A DNA stretch of 36,724 bases. Source: Mahellales bacterium. Its GTDB lineage: Bacteria > Bacillota > Clostridia > DUOD01. Location: assembly GCA_050945235.1 (NCBI GenBank), contig JBMNSO010000002.1, positions 1 to 36,724 of the forward strand, in the 5' to 3' direction. Shown one piece after another: positions 1 through 9,892 of this stretch. The position numbers were made by a program, and so were the translations under genes. The notes under the pieces were generated by a model, which searched no databases, was not told where the DNA came from, and saw nothing but the letters and a program-made list of their open reading frames with translations. Positions within the stretch are counted from its first letter, which is position 1; each line of letters opens with the position of its first letter.

Positions 1-726
1 GGTTGGTCCAATTTTCCCAATGATGAACGGTATAATGACGGTTGGTTGATAAAAACCGATGCCCAAGGCAAAGAAATCTGGTCCCATAACTTTGGCGATA
101 GTAAAGACGACTTGATCCATTCAATAGTTGAAACCGGTGATGGTGGATATATTCTGGTCGGAGAAACTATTTCCCCGGTCAATGGCAGTTATGACGGATG
201 GCTTATCAAACTTAACCCAGACGGCCAAGTATTATGGTCAAAATCCTTCGGTGGCGACCTTCAGGATGTTTTTTTCTCTGTCAGTACTACTAAGGATGGG
301 GGATATATAATAGCAGGCCAGACTCAATTGAGCGACGCTACAGATTTTGACGGGTGGTTGCTCAAGGTGAGTTCCGAAGGTCAGGAAGTCTGGTCACGCA
401 CCTATGATACCAGCATCGGAGACACACTATACAAAGCGCTGGAAACTGTTGACGGTGGTTTCATCCTGGCGGGTTGTACCGGAACAAAAGATTCCAGCGG
501 TTTTCCGTGTATTGATGATGGTTGGGTGATCAAGACCGATGGACAAGGCCAGGAAGTATGGTCATATACCTTCGGTGGCAAAAACCCAGACGCTTTTAAC
601 TTTGTAGCCCAGACCGATGATGGCGGTTATGTCCTGAGCGGTTGGGCCAGTTCGACCAAAACCGGCGAACCAACGGGGTGGTTACTCAAGCTCAACGATA
701 AAGAGGAAGCCCGGGAGAAAAATTGA
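1..726 (+). CDS. 3' part of a tandem-repeat (beta-propeller-like) protein; 5' end lies outside the window
   Basis: Frame 1 is open from base 1 (GWSNFPNDERYNDGWLIKTD...), so the TTG at 46 is not the true start. A unit of about 45-50 aa recurs at least 4 times (W-x3-FGG ... T-x-DGGY-[IL]-x-x-G ... DGW-[LV]-[IL]-K). Stop TGA at 724-726. Confidence 0.75.
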   Translation, partial: GWSNFPNDERYNDGWLIKTDAQGKEIWSHNFGDSKDDLIHSIVETGDGGYILVGETISPVNGSYDGWLIKLNPDGQVLWSKSFGGDLQDVFFSVSTTKDGGYIIAGQTQLSDATDFDGWLLKVSSEGQEVWSRTYDTSIGDTLYKALETVDGGFILAGCTGTKDSSGFPCIDDGWVIKTDGQGQEVWSYTFGGKNPDAFNFVAQTDDGGYVLSGWASSTKTGEPTGWLLKLNDKEEAREKN

Positions 727-1201
727 TGAAAAAAAGATACAAAGGATGTATGTTAGGCCTGGCATTTGGTGATGCTTTAGAAGCGCCGGTGGAGTTTTTA
801 AGTTTACGGCAAATCATGGAGAAATATGGCGATGGCGGGATAAAAGATCTTGATAGCTGGGGCGGATTCGCGGCCGGGACTTATACCGATGATACCTAGA
901 TGTCTCTGGCTACTGCCGCTGGATGCGTAGATGCATGGAAAAGGGGCATGGGAAGGGGGATCTGGCAACCTCCTTCCCATCTTCCGGTTACCTGCCGGCC
1001 GGTGTTTTGGCCGAGATAATAGCCAATATCCTTCGTGGAAAAACCATTGACCGGGCTGTCGATTTAAGCCTAAGCCCTTTAAGGAGATACGAAGGTTATT
1101 ACGAAACTATTGCATGCCTGGAAAAGGCAAGGGATTTGGTAAGGAGTAACTTGACTCCCACAACTTTTCAACTTTTCAAGCCTGACCCCAATTCTTTGTA
1201 G
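726..1201 (+). pseudogene. Decayed ADP-ribosylglycohydrolase (DraG/ARH family) gene
   Basis: ATG at 726 gives MKKRYKGCMLGLAFGDALEAPVEF...GTYTDDT, then TAG (897-899) exactly where the family motif TDDTQM has Gln. The same frame continues MSLATAAG... and stops near 1017. A second frame (923-1201) carries a C-terminal-like segment, SSGYLPAGVLAEIIANIL. Total length is about 158 codons versus roughly 300 for intact family members. Confidence 0.6.
1162..1190. repeat. Left copy of a 29-nt inverted repeat (partner at 13930-13958)
   Basis: aacttttcaacttttcaagcctgacccca is the exact reverse complement of 13930-13958. It overlaps the last codons and stop of the GNAT gene (…GSGLKS*). Confidence 0.9.
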
Positions 1202-1656
1202 AGGAGGGCCCTTATGTAGCCCTTCTCTGTGGAAGTGGAATGGATATAATAATTCAAACCGTAGTAAAACCTTACCAGGCTGAACATCTTTGAACAGGTG
1301 TGGAGGGCGATCATCCTACCCTTATCTTTCTTTACCACGTCCCTTTCCACTGCCAACATAAGTGCCTTGCCCACTCCACATTTCTGGCTGGTAAGCTTTA
1401 CACCGAACCTGCTTATGTATGCGGTATCATCAGAAATCATATGGTACCTAATAGAGCCCACCGGTTTTCCGTCAAGAAAAGCTATATAAACATTTTTGGT
1501 TTTTATATCGTGTTCTATGGTCTTATAATCTTCGTTTAATGCGGCTACCTTATGGGGTATACCCAGGTCCTGGGAGTATTTTAAAAAGGCTTCCTTAATA
1601 ATTTCGTATATATCAGGTATATCATCTATTGTAGCCTTTCGCACCTCTATATCCAT
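1168..1656 (-). CDS. GNAT-family N-acetyltransferase, last gene of the arginine operon
   Basis: 162 aa with an acetyl-CoA-binding-type segment (SQKCGVGKALM). AGGGGG ribosome-binding site upstream of ATG 1656. Starts 31 nt after the argF stop on the same strand. Confidence 0.8.
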   Translation of the reverse strand: MDIEVRKATIDDIPDIYEIIKEAFLKYSQDLGIPHKVAALNEDYKTIEHDIKTKNVYIAFLDGKPVGSIRYHMISDDTAYISRFGVKLTSQKCGVGKALMLAVERDVVKKDKGRMIALHTCSKMFSLVRFYYGLNYYIHSTSTEKGYIRALLYKELGSGLKS

Positions 1657-1687
1657 TATTTTGACACCCCCTAATAATTTCGGGATT

Positions 1688-2659
1688 CTATTTTTGTCGT
1701 CCCATTAACAGCACCATTACAGCCTTTTGGGCATGAAGTCGATTTTCGGCCTGATCAAATACCACAGACTGGCTGCCGTCAATAACATCTTCCGTTACCT
1801 CTTCACCCCTATGGGCGGGTAAACAATGAAGGAAGATGGCGTCTTTTTTAGCCTGACTAAATAGTTCCTTATTTACTTGAAAACCTTTAAAAGTCGACAT
1901 GCGGGTATTTATCTCGTCTTCCTGGCCCATGCTGGCCCAAACATCCGAATAAACACAATCTGCATTTTCAATGGCCTTTTGGGGATCTTTGGTGATGGTG
2001 ACGCTGCTGCCATGGAATCCGGCATTTTCCTGAGCCAGGGCCACTATTTCCGCATTGGGTTCGTACCCCTTGGGACATGCTACGGCTATGTCCATGCCTA
2101 CCTTGGAACATCCCACCAGCAGCGAATGGGCCATGTTGTTGCCATCACCTATATAGGCCAGCTTTAACCCCTTAAAGCGATGTTTTACTTCATATATTGT
2201 CATTAAGTCAGCCAAAACCTGACAGGGATGCAATAGATCGGTTAGGCCGTTGATAACGGGTATGGTACCATATTTGGCAAGGTCCTCAACATCCTGCTGT
2301 TTATAAGTCCGTATCATTATGCCGTCGAGATACCGGGACAGTACCCGGGCCGTGTCTTCGATCGTTTCTCCCCTACCCAGTTGTAGATCTGCGGAGCTTA
2401 GAAACAAGCCGCAACCTCCTAATTGGTATATGCCCACTTCAAAGGAAACTCTGGTACGGGTAGAAGATTTCTGAAATATCATGCCCAGGGTTTTCCCCTT
2501 CAGATGATGGTGGGCAATTCCCATTTTATTCTCATCCTTTAGTTTTAGGGCCAGGCTGAGTATCTGATATATTTCATCATCGGTAAGGTAGCTAAGCCCA
2601 AGCAAATGCTTCTGAGAAAAGGCCTTTTTCTTTTTATAGTTATACAAGTCCAAATCCAT
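1688..2659 (-). CDS. argF: Ornithine carbamoyltransferase
   Basis: Motifs SSTRTRVSFE, HPCQ, DVWASMG and HCLPAHRGEE. AGGAGG lies 7 nt before ATG 2659 (MDLDLYNY...), so the longer ORF start at 2680 is unlikely. Confidence 0.92.
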   Translation of the reverse strand: MDLDLYNYKKKKAFSQKHLLGLSYLTDDEIYQILSLALKLKDENKMGIAHHHLKGKTLGMIFQKSSTRTRVSFEVGIYQLGGCGLFLSSADLQLGRGETIEDTARVLSRYLDGIMIRTYKQQDVEDLAKYGTIPVINGLTDLLHPCQVLADLMTIYEVKHRFKGLKLAYIGDGNNMAHSLLVGCSKVGMDIAVACPKGYEPNAEIVALAQENAGFHGSSVTITKDPQKAIENADCVYSDVWASMGQEDEINTRMSTFKGFQVNKELFSQAKKDAIFLHCLPAHRGEEVTEDVIDGSQSVVFDQAENRLHAQKAVMVLLMGRQK

Positions 2660-2785
2660 ATTGGTACCTCCTAATTTCATTTATCCTTATCTATATTTTT
2701 AGCTGTATCTTTTACCCCTAATTCAGCTTTCCGACGTTATTGAAAATTACACTGCACACCGGCAGCAATTGTTTTCTATCAGCTG

Positions 2786-2845
2786 CAGTATCATCTTCAG
2801 TATCGGCTTGAGTATCATCTTGAGTATCAGCTGCAGTATCATCTT
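2786..2845. repeat. Five tandem copies of a 12-nt unit (cagtatcatctt / cagtatcggctt / gagtatcatctt / gagtatcagctg / cagtatcatctt)
   Basis: Read directly in the carB-argF spacer. An 18-nt block, cagctgcagtatcatctt, recurs at 2780-2797 and 2828-2845 (48-nt offset). Confidence 0.9.
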
Positions 2846-2914
2846 TTTGTATATTACCCATACATTATCTATTGATCTAAATCAATTGACCTAAAGATAG
2901 GCTTTTACTGATTT

Positions 2915-5900
2915 TCATCGATATTCATTAAGGGATATTATGTCAAGATGCAGATCCTGTCTATCCTGCAGCACCATTACTATGGCCTTTGCCGTATCCA
3001 AGGATGTAATACACGGTACGTTAAACTCCATGGCGGTACGCCTTAAGTTAAAGCCGTATCTACCATTGTTTTTACCCTTGGTGGGTGTATTGATTATCAG
3101 GGATATACAGTCATTTTTTATGGCTTCACTGACTAATTCCTTGTCGATTTTGACGGCATCCAGGCCTTGGTCTACAAAGGAGATATAGGTATCATCCGTC
3201 GCCATTACGGTAAACCCAAGCTCCAGCAGTTGCCTTGCTATGGGTATGCTTTCCTCTTTATCCCTGTCGGCAATGGAAAAGAGTACATTGCCGCCCTTCG
3301 GTATCTCAATGCCTGAGGCCAGCATGGCCTTGTACAATGCCTTTGTATAACAGGTATCAGTACCCATTACCTCACCGGTTGATTTCATCTCCGGGCCTAA
3401 AAAGGTGTCCACCGTCGTAAGCTTTGCAAAGGAAAAGACCGGTGCCTTAACGGTGACCAGGTTTGGTTCGTTTACCAAACCGGTGTAATACCCCAATTCT
3501 TTCAATGTTTTACCCAACATAATATCAGTGGCTATCGGTATCATGGGTATGCCCGTTACCTTACTGAGTATGGGTACAGTACGGCTGGCCCTGGGGTTGA
3601 CTTCTAATACATACACCCTGCTTTGGTCGTCCATTACAAACTGTATATTGAATAAACCCTTGATGTTTAGTGCCCTGCCGATGTCTATACTGTACTGGAT
3701 TATGGTATCTTTGACTTGCTTGGGTACTCCCTGGGTAGGGTATATGGCTATACTGTCTCCGGAGTGTACCCCTGCCCGTTCTATGTGTTCCATTATACCC
3801 ACAATAACTACGTCTTTACCGTCGGCTATACCGTCGATTTCTATTTCCTTTCCCAAAATGTATTTATCTATGAGTACCGGGTGCTTGGAGGACGCATTTA
3901 CCGCCATAGTCATATAATTATCCAGTTCATCCTGGTTATATACGATTTCCATGGCCCTGCCCCCTAGTACATAGGATGGCCTTACCAGTACCGGGTAGCC
4001 TATATCTTGGGCTATTTCCCGGGCCTGCTTTAGGGATGTGGCCGCACTGCCTGGTGGCAGGGGGATGTTTAAGCTTTTTAAGACAGCCATAAATTTGTCC
4101 CTGTCTTCGGCTTTGTCTATATCCTCTACTGCTGTACCCAGCACCCTTATACCGGCATTGGCTATGTCCTCTGCCAGGTTGATGGCGGTTTGGCCTCCAA
4201 ACTGCACAATTACGCCCATGGGCCTTTCCTTTTGTATAACATCTAGCACACATTCCTTGGTAAGGGGTTCGAAATAGAGCTTATCTGAGGTGTCAAAGTC
4301 GGTACTTACTGTTTCGGGATTATTGTTTATTATAATGGCTTCGATACCCTTTTCCTTCAGTGTTTTTACCGAATGAACACTGCAGTAGTCAAACTCTATT
4401 CCCTGACCTATTCGGATGGGGCCGGAGCCTAGTACTATGACCTTGGGTTTGTCTGAAACTTTGACTTCGTCATATTTTTCATAGCAGGAATAATAATAAG
4501 GTGTTGCGGCTTCAAACTCTGCGGCACAGGTATCCACCATCTTGTATACCGCCTTTAAGTTATGTTGTTCCCTTAGTTGAGTTACCCTATCCTCTGTGGT
4601 ATTTAATATATTGGCTATATATGAATCGCTAAAACCATACTTTTTGCATTTGTACAGGGTATGGTAATCCAAGGTGTCAATGGTTTTTTCCTTAAGAAGT
4701 TGGCTGAGCTTGACAATATTATTTAATTTATTGACAAAGAACTTGTCAATGGATGTAAGCTTTACTATCCTCTCGATGGAATATCCTCTAATCAGGGCTT
4801 CGGACAGTACAAAAATCCGTTCATCGTTGGGGTTCTTTAAGGATGAGAGAATTTCCTCATCGGTCCATGTGGATATTTTCTCCATGCCAAGGTGGTAGTT
4901 AAGCCCTATATCCAAAGAATCTATGGCTTTAAGCAATGACTCTTCAAAGGTGCGGCCGATGGCCATAACCTCGCCGGTAGCCTTCATCTGGGTACCCAGA
5001 TGGCGGTTGGCGTTGCAAAATTTATCAAAGGGCCAGCGGGGTACCTTGGTTACCACATAATCTATGGTTGGTTCAAAGCAAGCCCAAGTGTTTTTGGTAA
5101 CGGAGTTGGGTATTTCGTCCAAATCCAAGCCTATTGCTATCTTTGACGCTACCCGGGCGATGGGGTAACCGGTGGCCTTTGAAGCCAGGGCACTGGAACG
5201 GCTTACTCTGGGGTTGACTTCTATAACTGCGTATTCGAAACTATTTGGATTTAAGGCAAATTGTATATTACAACCACCCTTTATATCAAGGGCCCTTATT
5301 ATTTTAATCGAGGCATTTTTTAGCATTCGGTATTCTCTGTCGGTAAGGGTTTGTACAGGCGCTACTACAATACTGTCTCCGGTATGGATGCCCACCGGAT
5401 CGATGTTTTCCATGCTGCATATTATAACGCAGTTGTCCGAGCCGTCCCGTATCACTTCGTACTCTATTTCCTTCCAGCCGGCCACGCTTTGTTCCAACAA
5501 TACCTGGTGGATGATACTGTTTTTAAGGCCCTTGGCAACTATGCTTTTATACTCCTCCATGTCATGGGCTATACCGCCGCCGGTACCGCCCAGGGTATAG
5601 GCGGGACGTATAATTATGGGGAAACCTACCTGGCGGGCAAAGTCCATGGCATGGTCCAAAGAGGTGGCAATCGTGCTGAGGGGCACCTTTTCTCCTATTT
5701 CCTCCATGGTTTTTTTAAACAGTTCTCTGTCTTCTGCCTTCTCAATGGAGGATAGTGAGGTGCCCAAAAGTTCAATATTTAGTTCATTCAGTATTCCGCT
5801 CTTTGACAGGCTGACTGCCAGGTTAAGGCCGGTCTGTCCGCCTAAGGTGGGAAGTATTCCCTGGGGTCTTTCCTTTTTCAATATTTTATACACTACATCC

Positions 5901-6112
5901 AGGGTAAGGGGTTCTATGTATACCCTGTCTGCCATATCGGTATCCGTCATAATAGTGGCGGGATTACTGTTTGCCAGTACTACCTCCACACCCTCTTCCT
6001 TAAGGGCTTTACAGGCCTGGGTGCCCGAGTAATCAAATTCTGCCGCCTGGCCGATGATTATAGGACCGGAGCCTATCACCATGACCTTTTTTATGTCTTG
6101 CCTTTTAGGCAT
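2915..6112 (-). CDS. carB: Carbamoyl-phosphate synthase large subunit
   Basis: 1065 aa with a duplicated ATP-grasp architecture ([30 protein letters not shown]... and a second [20 protein letters not shown]) and a C-terminal MGS-like domain. Confidence 0.97.
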   Translation of the reverse strand: MPKRQDIKKVMVIGSGPIIIGQAAEFDYSGTQACKALKEEGVEVVLANSNPATIMTDTDMADRVYIEPLTLDVVYKILKKERPQGILPTLGGQTGLNLAVSLSKSGILNELNIELLGTSLSSIEKAEDRELFKKTMEEIGEKVPLSTIATSLDHAMDFARQVGFPIIIRPAYTLGGTGGGIAHDMEEYKSIVAKGLKNSIIHQVLLEQSVAGWKEIEYEVIRDGSDNCVIICSMENIDPVGIHTGDSIVVAPVQTLTDREYRMLKNASIKIIRALDIKGGCNIQFALNPNSFEYAVIEVNPRVSRSSALASKATGYPIARVASKIAIGLDLDEIPNSVTKNTWACFEPTIDYVVTKVPRWPFDKFCNANRHLGTQMKATGEVMAIGRTFEESLLKAIDSLDIGLNYHLGMEKISTWTDEEILSSLKNPNDERIFVLSEALIRGYSIERIVKLTSIDKFFVNKLNNIVKLSQLLKEKTIDTLDYHTLYKCKKYGFSDSYIANILNTTEDRVTQLREQHNLKAVYKMVDTCAAEFEAATPYYYSCYEKYDEVKVSDKPKVIVLGSGPIRIGQGIEFDYCSVHSVKTLKEKGIEAIIINNNPETVSTDFDTSDKLYFEPLTKECVLDVIQKERPMGVIVQFGGQTAINLAEDIANAGIRVLGTAVEDIDKAEDRDKFMAVLKSLNIPLPPGSAATSLKQAREIAQDIGYPVLVRPSYVLGGRAMEIVYNQDELDNYMTMAVNASSKHPVLIDKYILGKEIEIDGIADGKDVVIVGIMEHIERAGVHSGDSIAIYPTQGVPKQVKDTIIQYSIDIGRALNIKGLFNIQFVMDDQSRVYVLEVNPRASRTVPILSKVTGIPMIPIATDIMLGKTLKELGYYTGLVNEPNLVTVKAPVFSFAKLTTVDTFLGPEMKSTGEVMGTDTCYTKALYKAMLASGIEIPKGGNVLFSIADRDKEESIPIARQLLELGFTVMATDDTYISFVDQGLDAVKIDKELVSEAIKNDCISLIINTPTKGKNNGRYGFNLRRTAMEFNVPCITSLDTAKAIVMVLQDRQDLHLDIISLNEYR

Positions 6113-6134
6113 AAAATCTCACTCCTTGTAGCAA

Positions 6135-7214
6135 TTAACTGGTTGCGTTGGAAACATAGTCCATAAATTTCTGGAATTCATTGCCGGTTTCCAAAGGATC
6201 GTACGGGTTTTCTGGATGAAATTGAAGGCCTATTATGGGATAATTGCGGTGGAAAAAACCTTCCACCGTTTGGTCGTTTATATTTCTATGGGTTATTATT
6301 ATGTCGCTGCCGATGTTATCACCCAGGGCATAGTTATGGTTTTGACTGGTTATACATATTCTGTTGTTTTTCAAGTCCTTTACCGGATGACCGGCACCGT
6401 GATGGCCGAATTTAAGTTTGTAGGTCCTGCCTCCTAGTGCAATGCCCAGTATCTGATACCCAAGGCATAAACCCAGTATGGGCTTGTATCCTATAAGCTC
6501 CTTGACTGTCATTATTACTTCCTTAAGCCCTGCAGGATCCCCGGGACCGTTGGACAGTAAAATACCGTCGGGATTTAGAGCCATTATTTCCCGGGAAGTG
6601 GTATTCCAGGGCATTATATATACTTCACACTCCATTTTTTTAAGTAAACAAAGGATACTTTCCTTTACACCCAGGTCTAAAAGTACAATTCTAGGTCCCT
6701 TACCCATAATGTGTTTTGGCTTTTCAGTGGATACCTGGGCTACCAGGTTATATTTATTGAGGGAAAACCTCTGAGCCTTTGCTGCCAGGGAGGGTACATC
6801 CTTGCAGGAAGTAGAGATTATTCCATATAGGCTCCCATGGTTTCGCAGGTGGTGGGTGAGCTGCCTCGTATCAACATCCATAATGCCGACTATATTATTC
6901 TTTTTAAAGTATTCCTGGGGCGTCATTGTACACCGCCAGTTGCTAGGGTATTCGCATAATTCCTTTACTATAAATCCCCGGGCCCATGGCTTGGCGGACT
7001 CTACGTCCTCTCCATTAAAACCGCAATTGCCTATCAGCGGATAGGTCATAGCAATCATTTGTCCGTTATAGGAAGGGTCTGTCAGTATTTCCTGGTAACC
7101 GGTCATGGAGGTGTTGAATACTACCTCTCCTAAGGCTTCTCCTTCTGCCCCAAAGGCTATACCTTCGAAGTATGTTCCGTCTTGTAAAACCAGTAATGAC
7201 TTCAAATATTTCAC
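6135..7214 (-). CDS. carA: Carbamoyl-phosphate synthase small (glutaminase) subunit
   Basis: 359 aa with a class-I glutamine amidotransferase motif (GLCLGYQIL ... FHPE). The GTG start overlaps the argD stop (GTGA). Confidence 0.95.
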   Translation of the reverse strand: MKYLKSLLVLQDGTYFEGIAFGAEGEALGEVVFNTSMTGYQEILTDPSYNGQMIAMTYPLIGNCGFNGEDVESAKPWARGFIVKELCEYPSNWRCTMTPQEYFKKNNIVGIMDVDTRQLTHHLRNHGSLYGIISTSCKDVPSLAAKAQRFSLNKYNLVAQVSTEKPKHIMGKGPRIVLLDLGVKESILCLLKKMECEVYIMPWNTTSREIMALNPDGILLSNGPGDPAGLKEVIMTVKELIGYKPILGLCLGYQILGIALGGRTYKLKFGHHGAGHPVKDLKNNRICITSQNHNYALGDNIGSDIIITHRNINDQTVEGFFHRNYPIIGLQFHPENPYDPLETGNEFQKFMDYVSNATS

Positions 7215-8419
7215 GCCTTTCCATATAGATCCATGAAAATGTCCTGTAGTTTTTCAACCAAAATATCAACATCGGATTTGGTTACTATCAACGGGGGTAC
7301 AAACCTTAAGGTATTATTACCGGCACAATTGATTAACAGTCCTTGCTCAAGGCACCTGTATACAATGTCCTTTCCGTCTATGGTGTTCTTTAACTGAAGG
7401 CCCAGCATCAGCCCCAGACCTCTGACATCGCAGATAAAATCAAACTGGTCTTTTAAATTCTGTAACCTGTCCTTTAAATATTGGCCGGTTTCTTGAACAT
7501 TATCCATAAATCCCGGCTTTAATATCGTTTCCAGAACGGTGCAGGCAGCGGTGCAGGCCAGCGGATTTCCACCGAAGGTGGAACCATGATCACCGGGTTT
7601 AAAGGCCGAGGCCACTTTTTCCTTGGCCACCAGGGCGCCGATGGGTACACCGCCCCCCAGACCCTTGGCCAGGGTAAATATATCCGGTTCAATATCAAAA
7701 TGCTGGTAGGCGAAGAGCTTACCTGTCCGGCCTATGCCTGTCTGTACCTCGTCAAATATCAGCAATATGCCTAGGTTATCACATAATTTTTTGACACCCT
7801 TGAGGTACCCGGTGTCCGCTACGCAGACCCCGCCTTCCCCTTGAATTACTTCTAACATTATGGCACAGGTATTATTTGATACTGCTTTTTCAAGAGCCGC
7901 CAGGTTGTTAAACTCCACATGCTTGAAACCTGGAGTTAAAGGCTTATATGGTAGTTGGTATTTTTGCTGACCGGTGGCTGCCAGGGTTGTCATTGTCCTT
8001 CCGTGGAATGAGTTTTGAAGGGTGATGATTTCATATTTATCCGTACCCATCTCCTTGAAGTATTTCCGTGCCAGCTTTATTGCTCCTTCATTGGCCTCGG
8101 CTCCGCTGTTGCAGAAGAATACCCTATTCCCGCAGCTGTTTTGGACTATTAGCCTTGCAGCCTCTGCCTGCTGCTCTATGTAATATAGGCTGGAGGTGTG
8201 TATCAGCCTTTCTACCTGTTCCTTTAAGACACCTGTCAGGGCTGGGTGATTATAACCCAGGCAATTGACGGCTATACCCGCCACGAAATCCAGATACTCG
8301 TTACCTTCGCTATCGTATAATCTTATACCCTCTCCCCTTTCAAAGGCTACCAGCAGCCTTTGACCGAAGGTATTGAAATAATATTTTTGATCCAAGTCTT
8401 GTATGGTCTTTATATCCAT
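7211..8419 (-). CDS. argD: Acetylornithine aminotransferase (class-III PLP aminotransferase)
   Basis: 402 aa with motifs FFCNSGAEANE, DEVQTGIGRTG and TLAKGLGGG (PLP lysine). GGGGGG ribosome-binding site before ATG 8419. Operon context with carAB-argF. Confidence 0.93.
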   Translation of the reverse strand: MDIKTIQDLDQKYYFNTFGQRLLVAFERGEGIRLYDSEGNEYLDFVAGIAVNCLGYNHPALTGVLKEQVERLIHTSSLYYIEQQAEAARLIVQNSCGNRVFFCNSGAEANEGAIKLARKYFKEMGTDKYEIITLQNSFHGRTMTTLAATGQQKYQLPYKPLTPGFKHVEFNNLAALEKAVSNNTCAIMLEVIQGEGGVCVADTGYLKGVKKLCDNLGILLIFDEVQTGIGRTGKLFAYQHFDIEPDIFTLAKGLGGGVPIGALVAKEKVASAFKPGDHGSTFGGNPLACTAACTVLETILKPGFMDNVQETGQYLKDRLQNLKDQFDFICDVRGLGLMLGLQLKNTIDGKDIVYRCLEQGLLINCAGNNTLRFVPPLIVTKSDVDILVEKLQDIFMDLYGKA

Positions 8420-8454
8420 TTAAAGGGTAGCCCCCCATCTATATTTTTTATAAT

Positions 8455-8472
8455 TATACATTAATATGTATA
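8455..8472. promoter_or_regulatory. Candidate ArgR operator (ARG-box-like 18-bp palindrome)
   Basis: tatacat-taat-atgtata is a perfect 7+7 inverted repeat with an AT core, 36-53 nt upstream of the argD ATG. It overlaps a minus-strand TATAAT. The layout (18 bp, T-N-T ... WWWW ... A-N-A) resembles the ARG box. Confidence 0.4.
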
Positions 8473-8595
8473 AAAATACAACAATTCCTTTATCGTTTTT
8501 TAAACTTACGGCTGTCGGTGGCTGAATTACTTATAATATTTAGGATGATTGTCTACAAGGACATTACAAAAATCACATAAATTGATTATTGTTTA

Positions 8596-8624
8596 TTGCA
8601 GTTTTTTCCTTGTAGATATAGAAT
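8596..8624 (+). promoter_or_regulatory. Candidate sigma-A promoter of the tsaE operon
   Basis: TTGCAG-17 nt-TAGAAT. The -10 lies within a 12-nt direct repeat, tatagaatgagt (8617-8628 and 8647-8658). Confidence 0.35.
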
Positions 8625-8712
8625 GAGTATAACAACTGCTTACTAGTATAGAATGAGTGATATAAGATATATTGGTTAAAATATACAGTAAGGATAAAAA
8701 AGGAGTGACAGG

Positions 8713-9186
8713 ATGGTTGAGATAACATCCACATCACCTGAGCAGACCGGTGCCATAGCCGCTTATATAGGTCAAATGCTGAGGAAAGGAGATATTCTGT
8801 GCCTGCAGGGCGACCTTGGTGCCGGCAAAACTGCCTTCACCCAGGGCTTGGCAAGGGGAATGGGAATAGAGGATTATGTGACCAGCCCTACCTTTACCAT
8901 TGTAAACGAATATCATGGTCCTACACCCCTTTACCATTTTGATGTATACAGGCTAACCCATGCCGATGAACTGTTTGATATCGGATATGAGGAATACTTC
9001 TATAGTGACGGTGTAGTGGTGGTTGAATGGCCGGAGAGGATTGTGGAACTGCTGCCTGAAGAAAAACTATGGATAAAGATAACCCATGGCAGTGGGGAAA
9101 ACATCAGGGTATTTCATATTAAAGGATGGGGCAAGAGATACGTAGAACTGGAGGAGGCTATAAAAAGTGTTAGTCCTGGCAATTGA
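8713..9186 (+). CDS. tsaE: tRNA t6A37 biosynthesis ATPase TsaE (YjeE)
   Basis: 157 aa with P-loop GDLGAGKT and SPTFTIVNEY. AAGGAG ribosome-binding site. First gene of the tsaE-tsaB-rimI-tsaD arrangement. Confidence 0.9.
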   Translation: MVEITSTSPEQTGAIAAYIGQMLRKGDILCLQGDLGAGKTAFTQGLARGMGIEDYVTSPTFTIVNEYHGPTPLYHFDVYRLTHADELFDIGYEEYFYSDGVVVVEWPERIVELLPEEKLWIKITHGSGENIRVFHIKGWGKRYVELEEAIKSVSPGN

Positions 9187-9892
9187 TACGTCATCCAATA
9201 CAGCATCGGCTGCCATAGCCGATGAGCAGAAGGTGATATGCGAGTATAACCTTAATCATAAAAAGACCCATTCCCAACGGCTGATGCCCATGGTGAATGA
9301 TATCATGAAGGATTGCGAGGTAAAGATTGAAGACATTGACTTGTTTGCCGTGGCCATGGGCCCCGGGTCCTTTACCGGGCTGAGGATAGGGGTAGCCACT
9401 GTAAAGGCTCTTGCCCACTGCATGTCAAAGCCTGTTATAGGAGTCTATACCTTAGATGGCCTGGCCTGCAACGGTGCGGGTTTTGACGGTTATATCTGCC
9501 CCATAATGGATGCCCGTCGGCAGCAGGTATATACCGGTATATATAGGTGGTCGGAGGATGGGCCACAGCTGGAGGGCGATTTTATGGCCCTGCCGGTTAA
9601 AGACCTTACCCGGCTCTTGAAGGACAAAGGGCAGAGGGTACTTATGGTGGGAGACGGTGTACCCGTTTATAAGGAGGTTATTATGGAAGAATTGGGTGAT
9701 GTAGTATTCTTCCCGCCGCCCAACCTAATGCTTCAAAGGGCATCATCCATAGCTTGGCTGGCTGTTAAAGGGTTTAACAGGGGGCAAACCCATGATGCCA
9801 TGACCCTGACGCCCTTTTATCTTAGAAAATCCCAGGCTGAGAGGGAACTAGAAAAAAAGTGTGCCTTAAGAGGGGATTGTTTTGGAGTATAG
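9167..9892 (+). CDS. tsaB: tRNA t6A37 biosynthesis protein TsaB (YeaZ)
   Basis: GTG start giving MLVLAIDTSS..., then GPGSFTGLRIG. Overlaps tsaE by 20 nt. GGAGGAGG ribosome-binding site upstream. Confidence 0.9.
   Translation: MLVLAIDTSSNTASAAIADEQKVICEYNLNHKKTHSQRLMPMVNDIMKDCEVKIEDIDLFAVAMGPGSFTGLRIGVATVKALAHCMSKPVIGVYTLDGLACNGAGFDGYICPIMDARRQQVYTGIYRWSEDGPQLEGDFMALPVKDLTRLLKDKGQRVLMVGDGVPVYKEVIMEELGDVVFFPPPNLMLQRASSIAWLAVKGFNRGQTHDAMTLTPFYLRKSQAERELEKKCALRGDCFGV

Noticed and set aside
897-899. In-frame TAG in the ARH gene as programmed recoding (for example pyrrolysine) or read-through.
   Set aside because: The expected residue is the conserved Gln (a one-base change from CAG). The gene also has a downstream frame change and lacks more than half its length. 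Pseudogenisation explains everything.
2786-2845. The tandem 12-mers as a CRISPR-like array.
   Set aside because: The units are contiguous with no spacers and far too short. No cas genes are present.
2940-6032. Many plus-strand ORFs (60-142 aa) and one alternate-frame minus ORF (3936-4253) inside carB. Similar antisense ORFs lie inside argF, carA, argD, tyrS, the regulator and the hydrogenase genes.
   Set aside because: They lie wholly within long, motif-rich genes on the other strand or frame, lack ribosome-binding sites, and have low-complexity or odd composition. They are typical shadow ORFs.
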